64,000 nt of DNA from Mobula hypostoma (Eukaryota). Of the stretch, positions 51,530-63,529 are shown piece after piece. A model generated the notes under the pieces. The model ran no database searches. It saw only the letters and a program-made list of their open reading frames with translations, and was not told the DNA's origin. The stretch spans positions 23,376,001 through 23,440,000 of the forward strand of contig NC_086118.1 in assembly GCF_963921235.1 (NCBI RefSeq). The letters are read 5' to 3'. How positions within the stretch are numbered: position 1 is the first letter of the stretch; each line of letters begins with the position of its first letter. A program made the translations under genes and the position numbers.

Positions 51530-51860
51530 AGATGGGTGATGCCTTACAGTACCAGAGACTTGACTTCAGTCCTAACCTGGGCTACCGTCTATATGGAGTC
51601 TCAATGTCCTCTCTGTGTCCCCATGAGATACCCCTGGAGGCTCAGAGTTCCTTCTTGCATCCCTAATGAAGCTGGTTGTAGGTTAACCACTGTAAGTTGC
51701 CCCCTGTGTGTAGGTGAGTGAGAGAATATGGTGCTAGTTAATGAGGGTGTGGGAGAAGAAAAAATAGGATTAATGCGAGAATAGAATAAATGTGTGTTTG
51801 ATGGTCAGCATGAATTCGATGGGACGAAAGACCTGTGTCAGTGCTGCATTTCTCTGGTAC
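51530..51860 (+). mobile_element. HE1/V-SINE-like SINE (decayed)
   Basis: tRNA-head remnant (GCCTTACAGTACCAGAGAC), CACTGTAAGTTGCCCC, and CR1 tail GATGGGACGAAAGACCTG. Confidence 0.65.
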
Positions 51861-52997
51861 TCTAGGACAGGTCTCTATGAAAATGTTACCTGTTCTTTTA
51901 CACATGCAGAATACCTCTAAAGGAAAATACTTTGTGGATTAGACTTAGCTAAAATAATGTTTTCTTAAGGTAGGGAAAACATAGGACTTGTAAAAAAAAT
52001 ATGTGTGGATACTCTATCATATAACAAAGTTAGCTGTGGTAAATTGGGATGTGATAGAAAAAGTGTTGAGAGTGAATACTTGCTGACCATTGAAGTATCT
52101 TTAAATCAAACCTCGGAAAGCTAAGGGATTTCTCACTGTCAGATGATAAACTAGATAGATCCTGGGTTCAGTTGACTGAACACAACTAATTGCAAGCTGT
52201 AAAGGCCACATTCTCAGGTCAGAATTGTGTCAACATCAGACAGCATCTATCACAAGTTCCTTCAAACAAGGGAATCTGGTAACTTAACAATAAGAATGCT
52301 CCATCATCTTGTCAAGTCTCATTGGAAGTTTTTGCAAGTGTGAGCAAAGAATGCTTCAACATTATCACAAAGGTTATAACATGACATTGTTAGCTCACTG
52401 ATGTAATGTTTAGTAATAGAATATTAGTACCATTAAAAGATACAGTGGGTTATTATCCATGAACTGGATGAACGAGTACACAATTATATCCGTATTCTGC
52501 AGTAACATCATGAAAGGCGTGTTGGGTTCATCATGAAGAAAATATCATTATAGCAATTGTCTCTACTGTTCAGTTGGTTGATAATGAAGTAGATTCCATG
52601 TTATGCTTCACATGTTAAATGAGAAAGATTAGAACAAGACCATAAACTTAATGTATCTGGCACAGCACAAATGTGCAAACACTGGCTAACTTGCAACTCT
52701 GAGCTGCCTCTTGACGGCTTCGTTTGCCAAAATTGATTTAGTGAGGTGTGCGGTGACTGGACCAGACCGAAGTAAAATGAAGCAGGAGCATAAGAAGTCA
52801 TAACGCAAGTACGGAAATCCAGTAATCTGTGGGGCAAGTGCCATCCATATGCACTGCAGGAATCTGGGTTATGGGCTTCTGAAATCATCACCTACTCCTG
52901 CTCCAGTGCCATCCTGCTGTATCTCATGCCACCCCACTGCAGTCCCAACCAATGGAATTCCATTGCATTCTCTTCTGTTGTTCACTCTTGGTCATTG

Positions 52998-53545
52998 CAT
53001 CACGGGTAAAGCCCTCCCCACCATTGAGCACATTAAATGGAGTGCTGTCACAGGACAGCGGTATTCATCATCAAATACCCCCACCATCTAAGCCATGCTC
53101 TCTTCCTGCCGCTGCCATCAGGAAGAAGACACGAGACTCTCAGGACCCATACCACCAGGGTCAAAAACAGTTATTACCCCTCAACCATCAGTGTCTTGAA
53201 ACAGAGGGAATAACTTCACTCAATTTCACTCGCCTCATCACTGAACTATTCCCATATCCTATGGATTTACTTTCAAGGACTCTTCATCTCATGTTCTCAG
53301 TATTTGTTGCTCATTTATTATTATTATTGTTATGATTATTATTTCTTTTCAAATTTCTTTTTGTATTTGCACAACTTGTTATCTTTTGCACACTGGTTGT
53401 TTGTCTGTCCTGTTGGGTGTGGTCTTTCCCTGATTCTGTTGTGTTTTGTGTATTTTCTGTGATTGCCCACAAGAAAATGAATCTCAGGTTTGGATCTGAT
53501 GGCATATATGTACCTTGGTAATAAATTTACTTTGAACTTTGAAAA
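52998..53545 (+). mobile_element. Rex1/Babar LINE 3' end
   Basis: ITGKALPTIEHI...HALFLPLPSGRR...KNSYYPSTI, the 3' UTR, and the tail AATAAATTTACTTTGAACTTTGA. Confidence 0.85.
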
Positions 53546-53649
53546 ATTACGTTAACATTATTCTTAATCAAATATATACCTTGGTCTTAAAATGTTCAAA
53601 TATATAATCTAGAACATTGCTAAGGAACTATCTAAAGAACAAACTTAAT

Positions 53650-55440
53650 CATTCTGTGGAGCACACAGCATATTGGGATGCCTCATTACAGTTTATGTTG
53701 ATGGTGAGTCCAAAGTTGTGACAAGCCATGGAGAATTTGTCCATATTGACTTGCATCTCTGGCTCTGAGCCAGCATATAGGGCGCAGTCATCGGCAAAGA
53801 GGAAGTATCTCAGTACAGTCTCCTTCACTTTGGTAATAACTTGAAGTCTCCTCAGGTTGAAGAGCTTCCCATCCACTCTGTACTTGAGGCTGATTCCAGC
53901 ATCACTGTCCTGGAAGGCATCATTCAGCATGGCAGGAAACATCATGCTGAACCGTGTGGGTGCGAGCACACAGCCCTGTTTGACGCCATTGGTGACTGGG
54001 AACGCCTCAGAGGATTCTCCGCCGTCCAGCACTCTGGCCATCATGCCATCATGGAACTGGCGTACCACCTGAATGAATTTGGCGGGGCAGCCGAACTTCG
54101 ATACGATCCTTCACAGGCGGGCAGACAGTGTCGAGGGCTTTCGTGAGGTCAACAAAAGTTGTGTAGAGTTCGCGATTCTGCTCCTGACACTTCTCCTGAA
54201 GTTGGCGTGTGGTAAAAATCATGTCAATGGTCCCACGACCTTTGCGAAAGCCACACTGTGACTCTGACAGCAGGCCCAGCTCTGGATGAGTGACCAGACG
54301 ATTTAGCAGGACTCTTGCAAGGGTTTTTCCTGCAATGGAGAGCAGCGAGATTCCTCGGTGGTTGTCGCATACTTGTCGATTGCCCTTCCTCTTGTGAAGG
54401 TGTACAATGGATACATCTTTAAGTTCCTGAGGAATGGATCCTTGCTTCCAAAAAGACTGGAACAACTCAGTGAGCTTCTCTGTAAGTACAGGACCACCAG
54501 CTTTGTAGACCTCTGCAGGTATGGCGTCTGCCCCTAGGGCTTTGCCACTGGATAACTGGCTGACAGCTTCTGTGAGTTCGGCTGCTACCGGTGGGTCATC
54601 CATGGCACTGTTGATGTCAACCTGGGGAATCTTGTTTATCGCCTCATCATTAATAGATGTCGGTCATTTGAGGACAGCTTCAAAGTGTTCAGCCCATCTC
54701 TGTAGGATCTGAGCCTTCTCTGTAATGGGAGTTGTACCATCTATACTCAGGAGGGGGGATCTCCCAAGAGAATGAGGTCCGTAGAGAGTGTTGAAAGCTT
54801 CATAGAATCGGTCCAATTTGTTTCTGTCAGCATATGGCTGTATTTCATCTGCCTTGGCGCTCAGCCAGGCATCTTGCATTTTACGCAGTTTATTCTGGAC
54901 TGTCATGTGAGCACTGGTAAAGGCGTTTTTCTTGGCAGCTGATGATGGGTCACTCTGATGGGCACAATGAAGGCTGTGCTTCTCAACAAGTAGAGCCAGT
55001 ATCTCCTCATCATTCTCATCGATCCAGTCATGCTGCTTGAGGGTAGAGAGCCCTAGCATCTTCAGCGTAGATGAATGGACAGCCTCCCTGAAGCGATCCC
55101 AGTCGTTCACAGCGCTGCTTGCAAGGTGTAGGTCAGCAAGCTTGGTTTCTAAATCTTCAGCCAGTGCTGAAGCTATGCTGGGGTTCTTCAGACTGGCCAC
55201 TTTGAATTTGGGGTGCATGGGGCATCAGGGAGGGTGTTAGCACATCTGATGGGGGAACATGTCGCGTCCTTCTCTGGGCAGTTTGTTCACCTTTGGTCCC
55301 CACCTGGCACTCAGCTCTCACCTGTGGTTCCCCGTAGCTGTTTGCATGCAACAGCAGCCACACCCCAGGCAATGGCTTTGACAGGCCGACTAAACCAGGT
55401 GAGGGTAGCCGATGGGTCTCAAACCCTCGGTGAGATACAG
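53650..55440 (-). mobile_element. RTE-clade (BovB-related) LINE: 5' UTR part, endonuclease deleted, RT truncated at 3'
   Basis: KAQILQRWAEHF; GKALGADAIPAEVYK; NHRGISLLSIAGK; SQCGFRKGRGTIDMIF..RQLQEKCQEQ; FVDLTKA; GVKQGCVLAP; LFADDCAL. The UTR at 55215-55440 joins directly to post-endonuclease sequence. Confidence 0.92.
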
Positions 55441-55599
55441 TTTATAGAAATGTAGAAAAACTACAGCACAATACAGGGCCTTCAGCCTACAAAGCTTTAC
55501 CAAACATGTCCCTACCTTAGAACTTCCTAAGCTTACCCATAGCCCTTTATTTTGTACCTATCGAGGAGTCTCTTAAAAAACCCTATCGTTTCCGCCTCC

Positions 55600-58384
55600 A
55601 ACACCACTGCTGGCAGCCCATTCCAAGCACTAACCACTCTCTGCACAAAAACTTACCCCTGATATCTTCTCTGTACCTAATTCCAAGCACCTGAAAACTA
55701 TGTCCTCTCGTGCTAGCCATTTCAGCCCTGGGAAAAAGCCTTTTGACTATCCACATGATCAATGCCTCTCATTATCTCGAACACCTCTGTCAGGTCACTG
55801 CTCATCCTCCGTTGTTCCAAGGAGAAAAGGCAGAGTTCACTCAGCCTATTCTCATAAGGCATGCTCCCCAATCCAGGCAACATCCTTGTAAATCTCCTCT
55901 GCACCCTTTCTATGGTTTCCACATCCCATCTCTGTAGGATCTGAGCCTTCTCTGTAATGAGAGTTGTACCATCTATACTCAGGAGGGGGGATCTCCCAAG
56001 AGACTGAGGTCCGTAGAGAGTGTTGAAAGTGTGAGGCGACTAGAATTGAGCACAGTACTCCAAGTAGGGTCTGACCAGGGTCCTATATAGCTGCAACATT
56101 ACCTCCCGGCTCTTGAAAACATTCTCACAATTGATGAAGTCCATTGCACTGTATGCCTTATTAACCACAGTGTCAACCTGTGCAGCAGCTTTGAGTGTCC
56201 TATGGACTTGGGCCCCAAGATCCCTTTGATCCTCCACTCTACAAGGGTCTTACCATTAATGCTACATTCTGCCATCATATTTGACCTAACAAAATGAACA
56301 ACCTCACACTTATCTGGGTTGAACGCCATCTGCCACTTAGCAGCCCAGTTTTGCATCCTATCAATGTCCTGCTGTAACTTCTGACAGCCTTCCACACTAT
56401 CCACAACACCCCAACCTTTGTGCAATCAGCAAATTTACTAACCCATCCCTCTACTTCCTCATCCAGGTCATCTGTAAAAATCACGAAGAGTAGGGGTCTC
56501 AGAACAGATACCTGAGGCACACCACTGGTTGCTGGCCTCCAGGCAGAATATGACCCATCTATAACCACTCTTTACCTTCTGTGGGCAAGCCAGTTCTGGA
56601 TCCACAAAGCAATGTCGCCATGGATCCCATGCCTCCTTACTTTCTCAATAAGCCTTGCATGGGGTACCTTAGCAAATGCCTTACTGAAATCCATATACAC
56701 TACATCTATGACTCTACCTTCATCGAAGTGTTTAATCACATCCTCACAAAATTCAATCAGGCTCGTTAGGCATGACCTGCCTTTGACAAAGCAATGCTGA
56801 CTATTCCTGATCATATTATGCCTCTCAAAATGTTCATAAATCCTGCCTCCCAGGATCTTCTCCAACAACTTACCAATGACTGAATTAAGACTCACTGGTT
56901 TATAACTTCCTAGGCTATCTCTACTCCCTTTCTTGAATAAGGGAACAACACTTACAACCCTCCAATCCTCCGGAACCTCTCCTGTCCTCATTGATGATGC
57001 AAAGATCATCGCCAGAGGCTCAGCAATCTCCTCCCTCACCTCCCACAGTAGCCTGGGGTACATCTCATCCGGTCCCGACGACTTATCCAACTTGATGCTT
57101 TCCAAAAGCTCCAGCACATGCTTTTCCTTAATATCTACATGCTCAAGTTTTTCAGTCCGCTGAAAGTCATCCCTACCATCGCCAGGATCCTTTTCTGTAG
57201 TGAATACTGAAGCAAACTATTCATTAAGTACCTCTGCTATCTCCTCCGGTTCCATACACACTTCTCCACTGTCACACTTTATTGCTCCTATTCTCTCACA
57301 TCTTATCCTCTTGCTCTTCACATACTTGTAGAATGCCTTGGAGTTTTCCTTAATCCTGTCTGCCAAGGCCTTCTCATGGCCCCTTCTGGCTCTCCTAATT
57401 TCATTCTTAAGCTCCTTCCTGCTAGCCTTATAACCTTCCAGATCTCTATCATGACCTAGTTTTTTGAACCTTTCGTAAGCTTTTCTTTTCTTCTTGACTA
57501 GATTTTGCACACCACAGTTCCTTTCCCTGTCTCACGGGAACATACCTAGCAGAACCCCACACAAATATCCCCTGAACATTTGCCACATTTTTGCCGTACA
57601 TTTCCCTAAGAACATCTGTTTCCAATTTATGCTTCCAAGTTCCTGCCTGATAGTCTCATATTTCCCCTTACTCCAATTAAACATCTCCCTAACTCGTCTG
57701 TTCCTATCCCTCTCTAATACTATGGTAAAGGAGATGGAACTGTGATCACTATTTCCAAAATGCTCTCCCACTGAGAGATCTGACACCTGACCAGGTTCAT
57801 TTCCCAATACCAGATTAAGTACAGCCTCTCCTCTTGTAGGTTTATCTACATATTGTGTCAAGAAACCTTCCTGAACACACCTAACAAACTCTGCCCTATC
57901 TAAACCCCTCACTCTAGGGAGATGCCAATCGTTATTTGGGAAATTAAAATCTCCCACCTCAACAACCCTGTTATTATTACACCTTTCCCGAATCTGTCTC
58001 CCTATCTGTTCTTCAATGTCCCTGTTACAATTGGGTGGTCTATAAAAAACACCCAGTAGAGTTATTGACCCCTTCCTATTCCTAACTTCCAGCCACAGAG
58101 ACTCTGCAGACAACCCCTCCATGACTTCCTCCTTTTCTGCAGCTGTTACACTATCTCTGATCAGCAGAGCCACACCCCCCACCTCTTTTGCCTCCCTCCC
58201 TGTCCTTTCTGAAACCTCTAAAGCTTGGAACTTGAAGTAGCCATTCCTGCCTCTGCACCATCCAAGTCTCTGTAATGTCCACAACATCATAGCTCCAAGT
58301 GCTGATCCGTTTGTTCATAATACTCCTTGCATTAAAATAGACACATCTCAAACCATCAGTCTGAGCATGTCCCTTCTCTGTCAC
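55600..58384 (-). pseudogene. CR1 ORF2 (APE endonuclease + reverse transcriptase), frameshifted
   Basis: YFNARSIMNK, ITETW, VFYRPP, GDFNFP, SDH; KSSGPDEMYPRLL, SQHCFVKGRSCLT, DFSKAF, SGVPQ.SVL, SKFAD. Confidence 0.92.
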
Positions 58385-58638
58385 CAGCCTATCCTCCCTT
58401 TTGCACTATCTCCAAGCTTTCTCTATTTGTGAGCCAACCTCCCTTTGCTCCATCACTTCAGTTCAGTTCCTACCCCCAAGTAATTCTAGTTTAAACTCTC
58501 CCCAGTAGCCTTAGCAAACCTCCCTGCCAGGATATTGGTCCCCTTGGGATTCAAGTGCAACCCGTCCTTCTTGTACAGGTTACACCTGCCCCAAAAGAGA
58601 TCCCAATGATCCAGAAATCTGAATCCTTGCCCCCTGCT

Positions 58639-59421
58639 CTAATCCCTCAGCCACACATTTATTCTCCACCTCATTCTATTCCTATACTCACTGTCACGTG
58701 GCACAGGCAGTAATCCCGCGATTACTACCTTTGTGGTTCTGCTTCTCAACATCCTTCCTAACTCCCTGTAGTCTGTTTTCAGAACCTCCTCCCTTTTCCT
58801 ACCTATGTTGTTGGTACCAATATGTACCATGACCTCTGGCTGTTCTCCTTCCCACTTCAAGATATCATGGACGTGTTCAGAAACATCAGGGTCCCTGGCA
58901 CCTGGGAGGCAAACTACCATCCGCATTTCTTTCCTGCGTCCACAGAATTGCCTGTCTGACACCCTAACTATAGAGTCCCCTATCACTGCTGCCATCCTCT
59001 TCCTTTCCCTACCCTTCTGAGCCACAAGGCCAGACTCTGTGCCAGAGGTGTAACCACTATTGCTTCCTCCAGGTAGGCTGTCCCCCCCAACGGTTCTCAA
59101 GCAGGAATACTTATCGTTAAGGGGGACAGCCACTGGGGTACGCTCTAGCATCTGCCTCTTGCCCTTCCTTCTCCTGACTGTTACCCACCTATCTGTCTCC
59201 CCAGGCCCCGGAGTGACTACCTGCCTAATGTTTCTCTCTAGCACCTTCTCACTCTCCCCAACCAGACGAAGGTCATCGTGCTGCATCTCCAGTTCCCTAA
59301 CGCGGTCAGAAAGGAGCTGTAGCTCGACGCACCTGGTGCAGATGTGGCTATCCGGGAGGCTGGGAGTCTCCAGGACCCTCCACATTTGACACCGAGCACA
59401 GTAAACTGGCCCCACACACAT
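58639..59421 (-). pseudogene. CR1 ORF1: Cys-rich Zn-finger/coiled coil plus SGNH/GDSL esterase-like domain
   Basis: CARCQMW...ICTRCVELQLLSDRVRELE, VIGDSIVR, CLPGA, VHIGTNN. A premature stop precedes the esterase C-terminus. Confidence 0.88.
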
Positions 59422-61155
59422 ACTTTCTGTCTGTATTCTACACAGATAACCTACCTCACCTCAACCCTTTATCACCAAAGCCCCATTGAGCCAAAGCCTT
59501 CCTACTCTGTCTCCCTCTACTCTGATGCCCGCTGTATAAATCTGTCTTCTTTTTAAACTCTTCTCGCTGTTCTCACTGGCTGACCTCCACGCGCTTGTGC
59601 AGTTGTGCCCCGTTCAAACCACTGAAGAAAAAACCTTCACCTTTTGAACTCTTTATAGATTAACTTTACCATCATGGTGCAAGTTTTTATGTTTATTCCC
59701 TAATCATTCAATAATTCTTTTCTAGAGGATGTAGTCCCTCAGTATGCAATGGGAACAGGGTCCTAGTTATGCCCTGTCCCCAAGGAGTCTTTGTAGAGGC
59801 TACACCAAGCTGTATGTGTCCTTCAGTATGTAGACCTCAATCTGAGGTTCTGTCAGTCTGCAACAATGAATGTGGCAGTTCCTTGCACTGGAAGAGCAGC
59901 TTGTTTTGGAAACACAGCAATAATTGCTCTTTATTGTTCATTTCAAGCATTCCCTGTGGTTGAGAGTTTGTAATCAGTAGTAGTTGGTGCTTGTCCCAAA
60001 AGGCTTAAGGAATTCTTACCAAGACAGAGTGGAGCCCAATGCCAGAGCCAGTGGTTCCAGTGCCAGGAAGGATGGGTCTATCAGGATCTGTGGTGATTTT
60101 AAGGTCACTATCAACTCAGCACTGAAAGTAGATCAATACCTGCTGCCCAGGATAGAGGATATCTTTGGAGGGAAACACTTCAGCAAAGTGGACTTAGCTG
60201 AGGCCTACCTAATGGAGATGGAAAAAGACTCCAAAGTGTTTCTCACCATAATCACTTACAAAGGGCTTTATTGCTTATAATAGGCTTATTTTTGGAGTAG
60301 CGTCTGCACCTGCAATCTGGCAGAAAGCTATGAACCAGGTGGGCAAGGCTGTCCAGGCACTCAGTGTTGCCTGGATGACATCATTTTTACTAGTGATGAA
60401 GACAAGGGACACCGCCAAAATTTCAGGACAGTGTTAAAAAGATCAGAAGATTATGTGCTCAGACCACAATGCAACAAGTTTTAATTACTTAAAACTATCA
60501 TCACTTACTGTGGTCACACTGTTGTTGCACAAAAGTTACACAAGTGTGCTGCGAAAATTCAAGCAGTGGTGGATGCCCCAAGGTTAAAAGACGTGTCACA
60601 GTTGCAGGCCTTTCTAGGAGTTCTCAATTACTATAACAGGTTCCTGCCAAATCTGGCTACTGTGCTCCACCCCATGAACTCATTACGACAGATCGGGAAG
60701 AACAGCAGTAGGCAAAGCAGTGTGACGTGACTTTCCAGAAGACACAGGAAATGGTGATGTCACACATTACGATCCGTATCATCCAGTGAAGCTTTCCTAT
60801 AATGCCTCACCTTATGGTGTGGTTGCAGTCATGTCATATGTTATGAGTGATGGAAATGAATGCCTCATTGTCTTTGCATTACTTTCCTTTACCACTGCAG
60901 GCAAAAATTACACAGAGATTGACAGAGAGGCCTTGAGTCTGCTTTGGGGTGTAAATTGATTCCACTAGTACCTGTACTTGTGTGGGATGAGTTTACCCTT
61001 GTTACTGATCATCAACCACTAGCGTCCATTTTCAATCCACAGAAGGCTGCTCCACTGACAGCAGTAGCAAAATTGTAGAGAGGGGCTCCATTTCTTGGAG
61101 GACACAATTACAAGATCGAATTCAAGAGGACAAGTAATCATGGAAATGCTGATGG

Positions 61156-61345
61156 GTTCTATAGGAAGAAGTACAGTCGACGTTTCGGGCTGAGACCCTT
61201 CGCCAGTCCTGACGAAGGGTCTCGGCCTGAAATGTCGACTGTACTTCTTCCTACAGATGCTGCCTGGCCTGCTGTGTTCCACCAGCATTTTGTGTGTGTT
61301 GCTTGAATTTCCAGCATCTGCAGATTTTCTCGTGTTTGAGTTTTT
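61156..61345 (+). mobile_element. PLE terminal-repeat insertion with an inverted 5' copy, nested in the Gypsy pol
   Basis: 12-bp TSD AAATGCTGATGG (61144-61155 / 61346-61357). Inverted arms 61158-61206 / 61209-61257. Same tail as 48470-48512. Confidence 0.9.
61204..61241 (+). ncRNA. Minimal type-I hammerhead ribozyme motif (PLE-type)
   Basis: Stem I CAGTC/GACTG, core CTGACGA, stem II GGGT-CTCG-GCCT, GAAA, then TGTC (GUC cleavage triplet). The minus-strand mirror copy has CTGGCGA..GCCC-GAAA-CGTC. Confidence 0.7.
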
Positions 61346-61490
61346 AAATGCTGATGGATTGTCACCTGTGGAAAAGGAAATAGAAGAGGACTCTCCTCTT
61401 GATGCATTCTCCCTAATGCAAATTGAAAGTCTCCCTATTACGGCAGAAATAATCCAAAGGGCAACCGGAAAAGACTCCTCACTGTCACAG

Positions 61491-61710
61491 AATTCTCTGC
61501 CACAGGAAACTGTTGAGGCCAGTTCATTGGCTATATTTAAGAGGGAGTTAGATATGGCCCTTGTGGCTAAAGGGATCAGGGGGTATGGAGAGAAGGCAGG
61601 TACAGGGTTCTGAGTTGGATGATCAGCCATGATCATACTGAATGGCGGTGCAGACTCGAAGGGCTGAATGGCCTACTCCTGCACCTATTTTCTATGTTTC
61701 TAAGTTTCAA
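61491..61710 (+). mobile_element. Short CR1 3' end nested in the Gypsy pol
   Basis: NSLPQETVEASSLAIFKRELD and tail GAAGGGCTGAATGGCCTACTCCTGC..TTCTATGTTTCTA. Imperfect TSD TGTCACAG / TGTCTCAA. Confidence 0.88.
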
Positions 61711-62940
61711 TGTCTCAAGTCTATATAGCAACTATGGCTGGAATGTGCAGCAGAGATTCCAGTTCCCACATTTTTACCAATGCTGCGATGAACTTGCCCT
61801 AGACAGGTGTTCCCTTATGTGGGGATCGAGTGTTGCCATACCATCCAAGTTGAGAGATAAAGTATTGGAGGAGCTACACACCTGTCATTGAGGTGTGGTC
61901 AAAATGGAAGCATTGGCTTAAAGCTCTGTTTGGTGGCCTGGGAATGATCAACAGATCAAGAGCATGCCATGGACTATTCAGGCTGCCAACATGTCCAGGA
62001 GATGACAGGAGCAACACTTCTCCATCTCTGGAAATGGCCTGCATTGCCCTGGCAGAGGATTCATGTAGATTTCGCCAGACCATTCATTGGCATAAATTTC
62101 TTGGTAGTAGTGGATGCAGCTACAAAGTGGCTAGAAGAGTTCCCAGTAGCCTCCACTACAGCCGTGCACACTGTTGATGTGTTGAGAAGCCTCTGCTCAA
62201 TGACTGGTGGTTCAGAACACTTAGTCAGTGATAATGGACCACCATTTGTAGCGGAACAGCTTCAGTCAATGGCTTGGTGGAAAGGTTTTCGTCCAGATTC
62301 TAAAGAGCACACTGCGAGCAACATCAGCAGAACATGTGGCACTGACACTGAATTAGAACCTGGAAAATTTCCAGCTTGCATGTCGCAATGCAGCACACAC
62401 CACAGCCAGCAAATCAACAGCCCTGCTGGTCCTGGGTCATCCCCTGCTCTCACGCTTGGATTTCCTCAATCCCAACCTCAGGAGGAGTGTGCAGGGCAAA
62501 TGGCTGAGACAAATTGAAAGCTCCTCAAGCAAGGAGGATCAATGTTTCACTCATGGCGAGAGACAACAGGGGTGATCAAAATCCGTGGACAACTTGGACA
62601 ATTAAGGGCAGAACTGGACCACTCTCCTACACAGTGGAGATTGTGTCAGATGTCATCTGGAGTTGACCCATTAATCATTTGAGAGAGCAGAATCAACTGT
62701 TGGGGAAGAAAGGTGTCCAGAGCTGTCAGAATCACTCCTTCAGTCCCAGGGTCAATTCCTAGAACCATCATGGAGGAGGTCCCAGAACCTGGGATTGTTT
62801 CACAGCCACAAGTCTCACCTGCTAAACAGAGTGACCCTTCCCCACCCTTGTCAGGAGAAAGACATCTTCCCACAAGAGTACGATATTCTCCACAGACTAT
62901 ATATAATAATATAACGTGTGTATGTATATATATAGCATCT

Positions 62941-62942
<2 letters not shown>

Positions 62943-62985
<43 letters not shown>
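62943..62985. repeat. (AC)n microsatellite, ~21 units, in the Gypsy 3' UTR
   Basis: Direct reading. Confidence 0.95.
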
Positions 62986-62987
<2 letters not shown>

Positions 62988-63071
62988 TGTATATATACAT
63001 ACAGTATGTGTGTGGAGAGGCATTCTATATACTCTATATTGATTTGGAATTTAAAGCTAAGCAGGGGGGAG

Positions 63072-63307
63072 TGTTGTGTATTTAATATTTCAGCAACATT
63101 TGAGTCATATTGTTTGATTAAGAATGCTTTGTTGTTTACATCATTCATTACGGGTTATATGTTAAAGTATGTGAATGACATACATCACCACGCTACCAGG
63201 ACGTAAGTGCATGCTTCACTAGTATAAAGAACGAAGTGGACATGTCATCCTCAGCTCTGTGATTTTCTTTCCATTAGTTTTATGTTTTGGAGTTACAAAA
63301 CATAACA
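63072..63307 (+). mobile_element. 3' LTR (236 bp) of the Mag-like Gypsy element
   Basis: Polypurine tract AAGCAGGGGGGAG immediately upstream; termini TGTTGTG...CATAACA. Confidence 0.85.
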
Positions 63308-63529
63308 GTGTCCGTAACTACGTGGAGTTTCTGTGGTCACAGGTAGAGTAGTTGTCATACCAAGATGCAAAGCAAATGGATAAGATGCTTAGGTTAGGTT
63401 ATCTGTTATCTTAATTAGGTTATCGCTTAACGTTCCCAATTCCATAGGTGATAAGTCAATGTTATCGATATGTTTAATTACAAATATACTGAAGAAAAGT
63501 GCTTATGTGCTTGTTTAAGGCAGCAGTCA

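Larger units (their letters stand above)
55441..59630 (-). mobile_element. Near full-length CR1 LINE (~4.2 kb), decayed
   Basis: 3' (TTCTA)-type tail at ~55441-55460; ORF2 fragments with APE and RT motifs; ORF1 and 5' UTR up to ~59630. Confidence 0.95.
60028..62900 (+). pseudogene. Gypsy (Mag-clade-like) pol remnant: RT, RNase H, integrase; 5' LTR, gag and protease missing
   Basis: KDGSIRICGDFKVTIN...LPRIEDIF..HFSKVDLAEAY; FGVASAPAIWQ; CLDDII; YTEIDREAL; VTDHQPL; HGNADGLS; PWQRIHVDFA..FLVVVDA..KW..VSDNGP. Confidence 0.92.

Noticed and set aside
51207..51539. 110-aa ORF containing AMFDQCLIQGIRKA, reminiscent of myosin regulatory light chain (AMFDQSQIQEFKEA)
   Set aside because: The similarity stops after ~14 residues, no EF-hand follows, and there is no exon or retrocopy structure; probably chance.
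55300..55410. HDV-like ribozyme fit in the RTE UTR (plus strand)
   Set aside because: P2- and P4-like stems are present, but P1/P1.1/P3 could not be assigned, and the fit is antisense to the element.
61019..61636. 205-aa minus-strand ORF and the overlapping 118-aa plus-strand ORF
   Set aside because: They are accidental read-through across nested CR1, PLE and Gypsy pieces.
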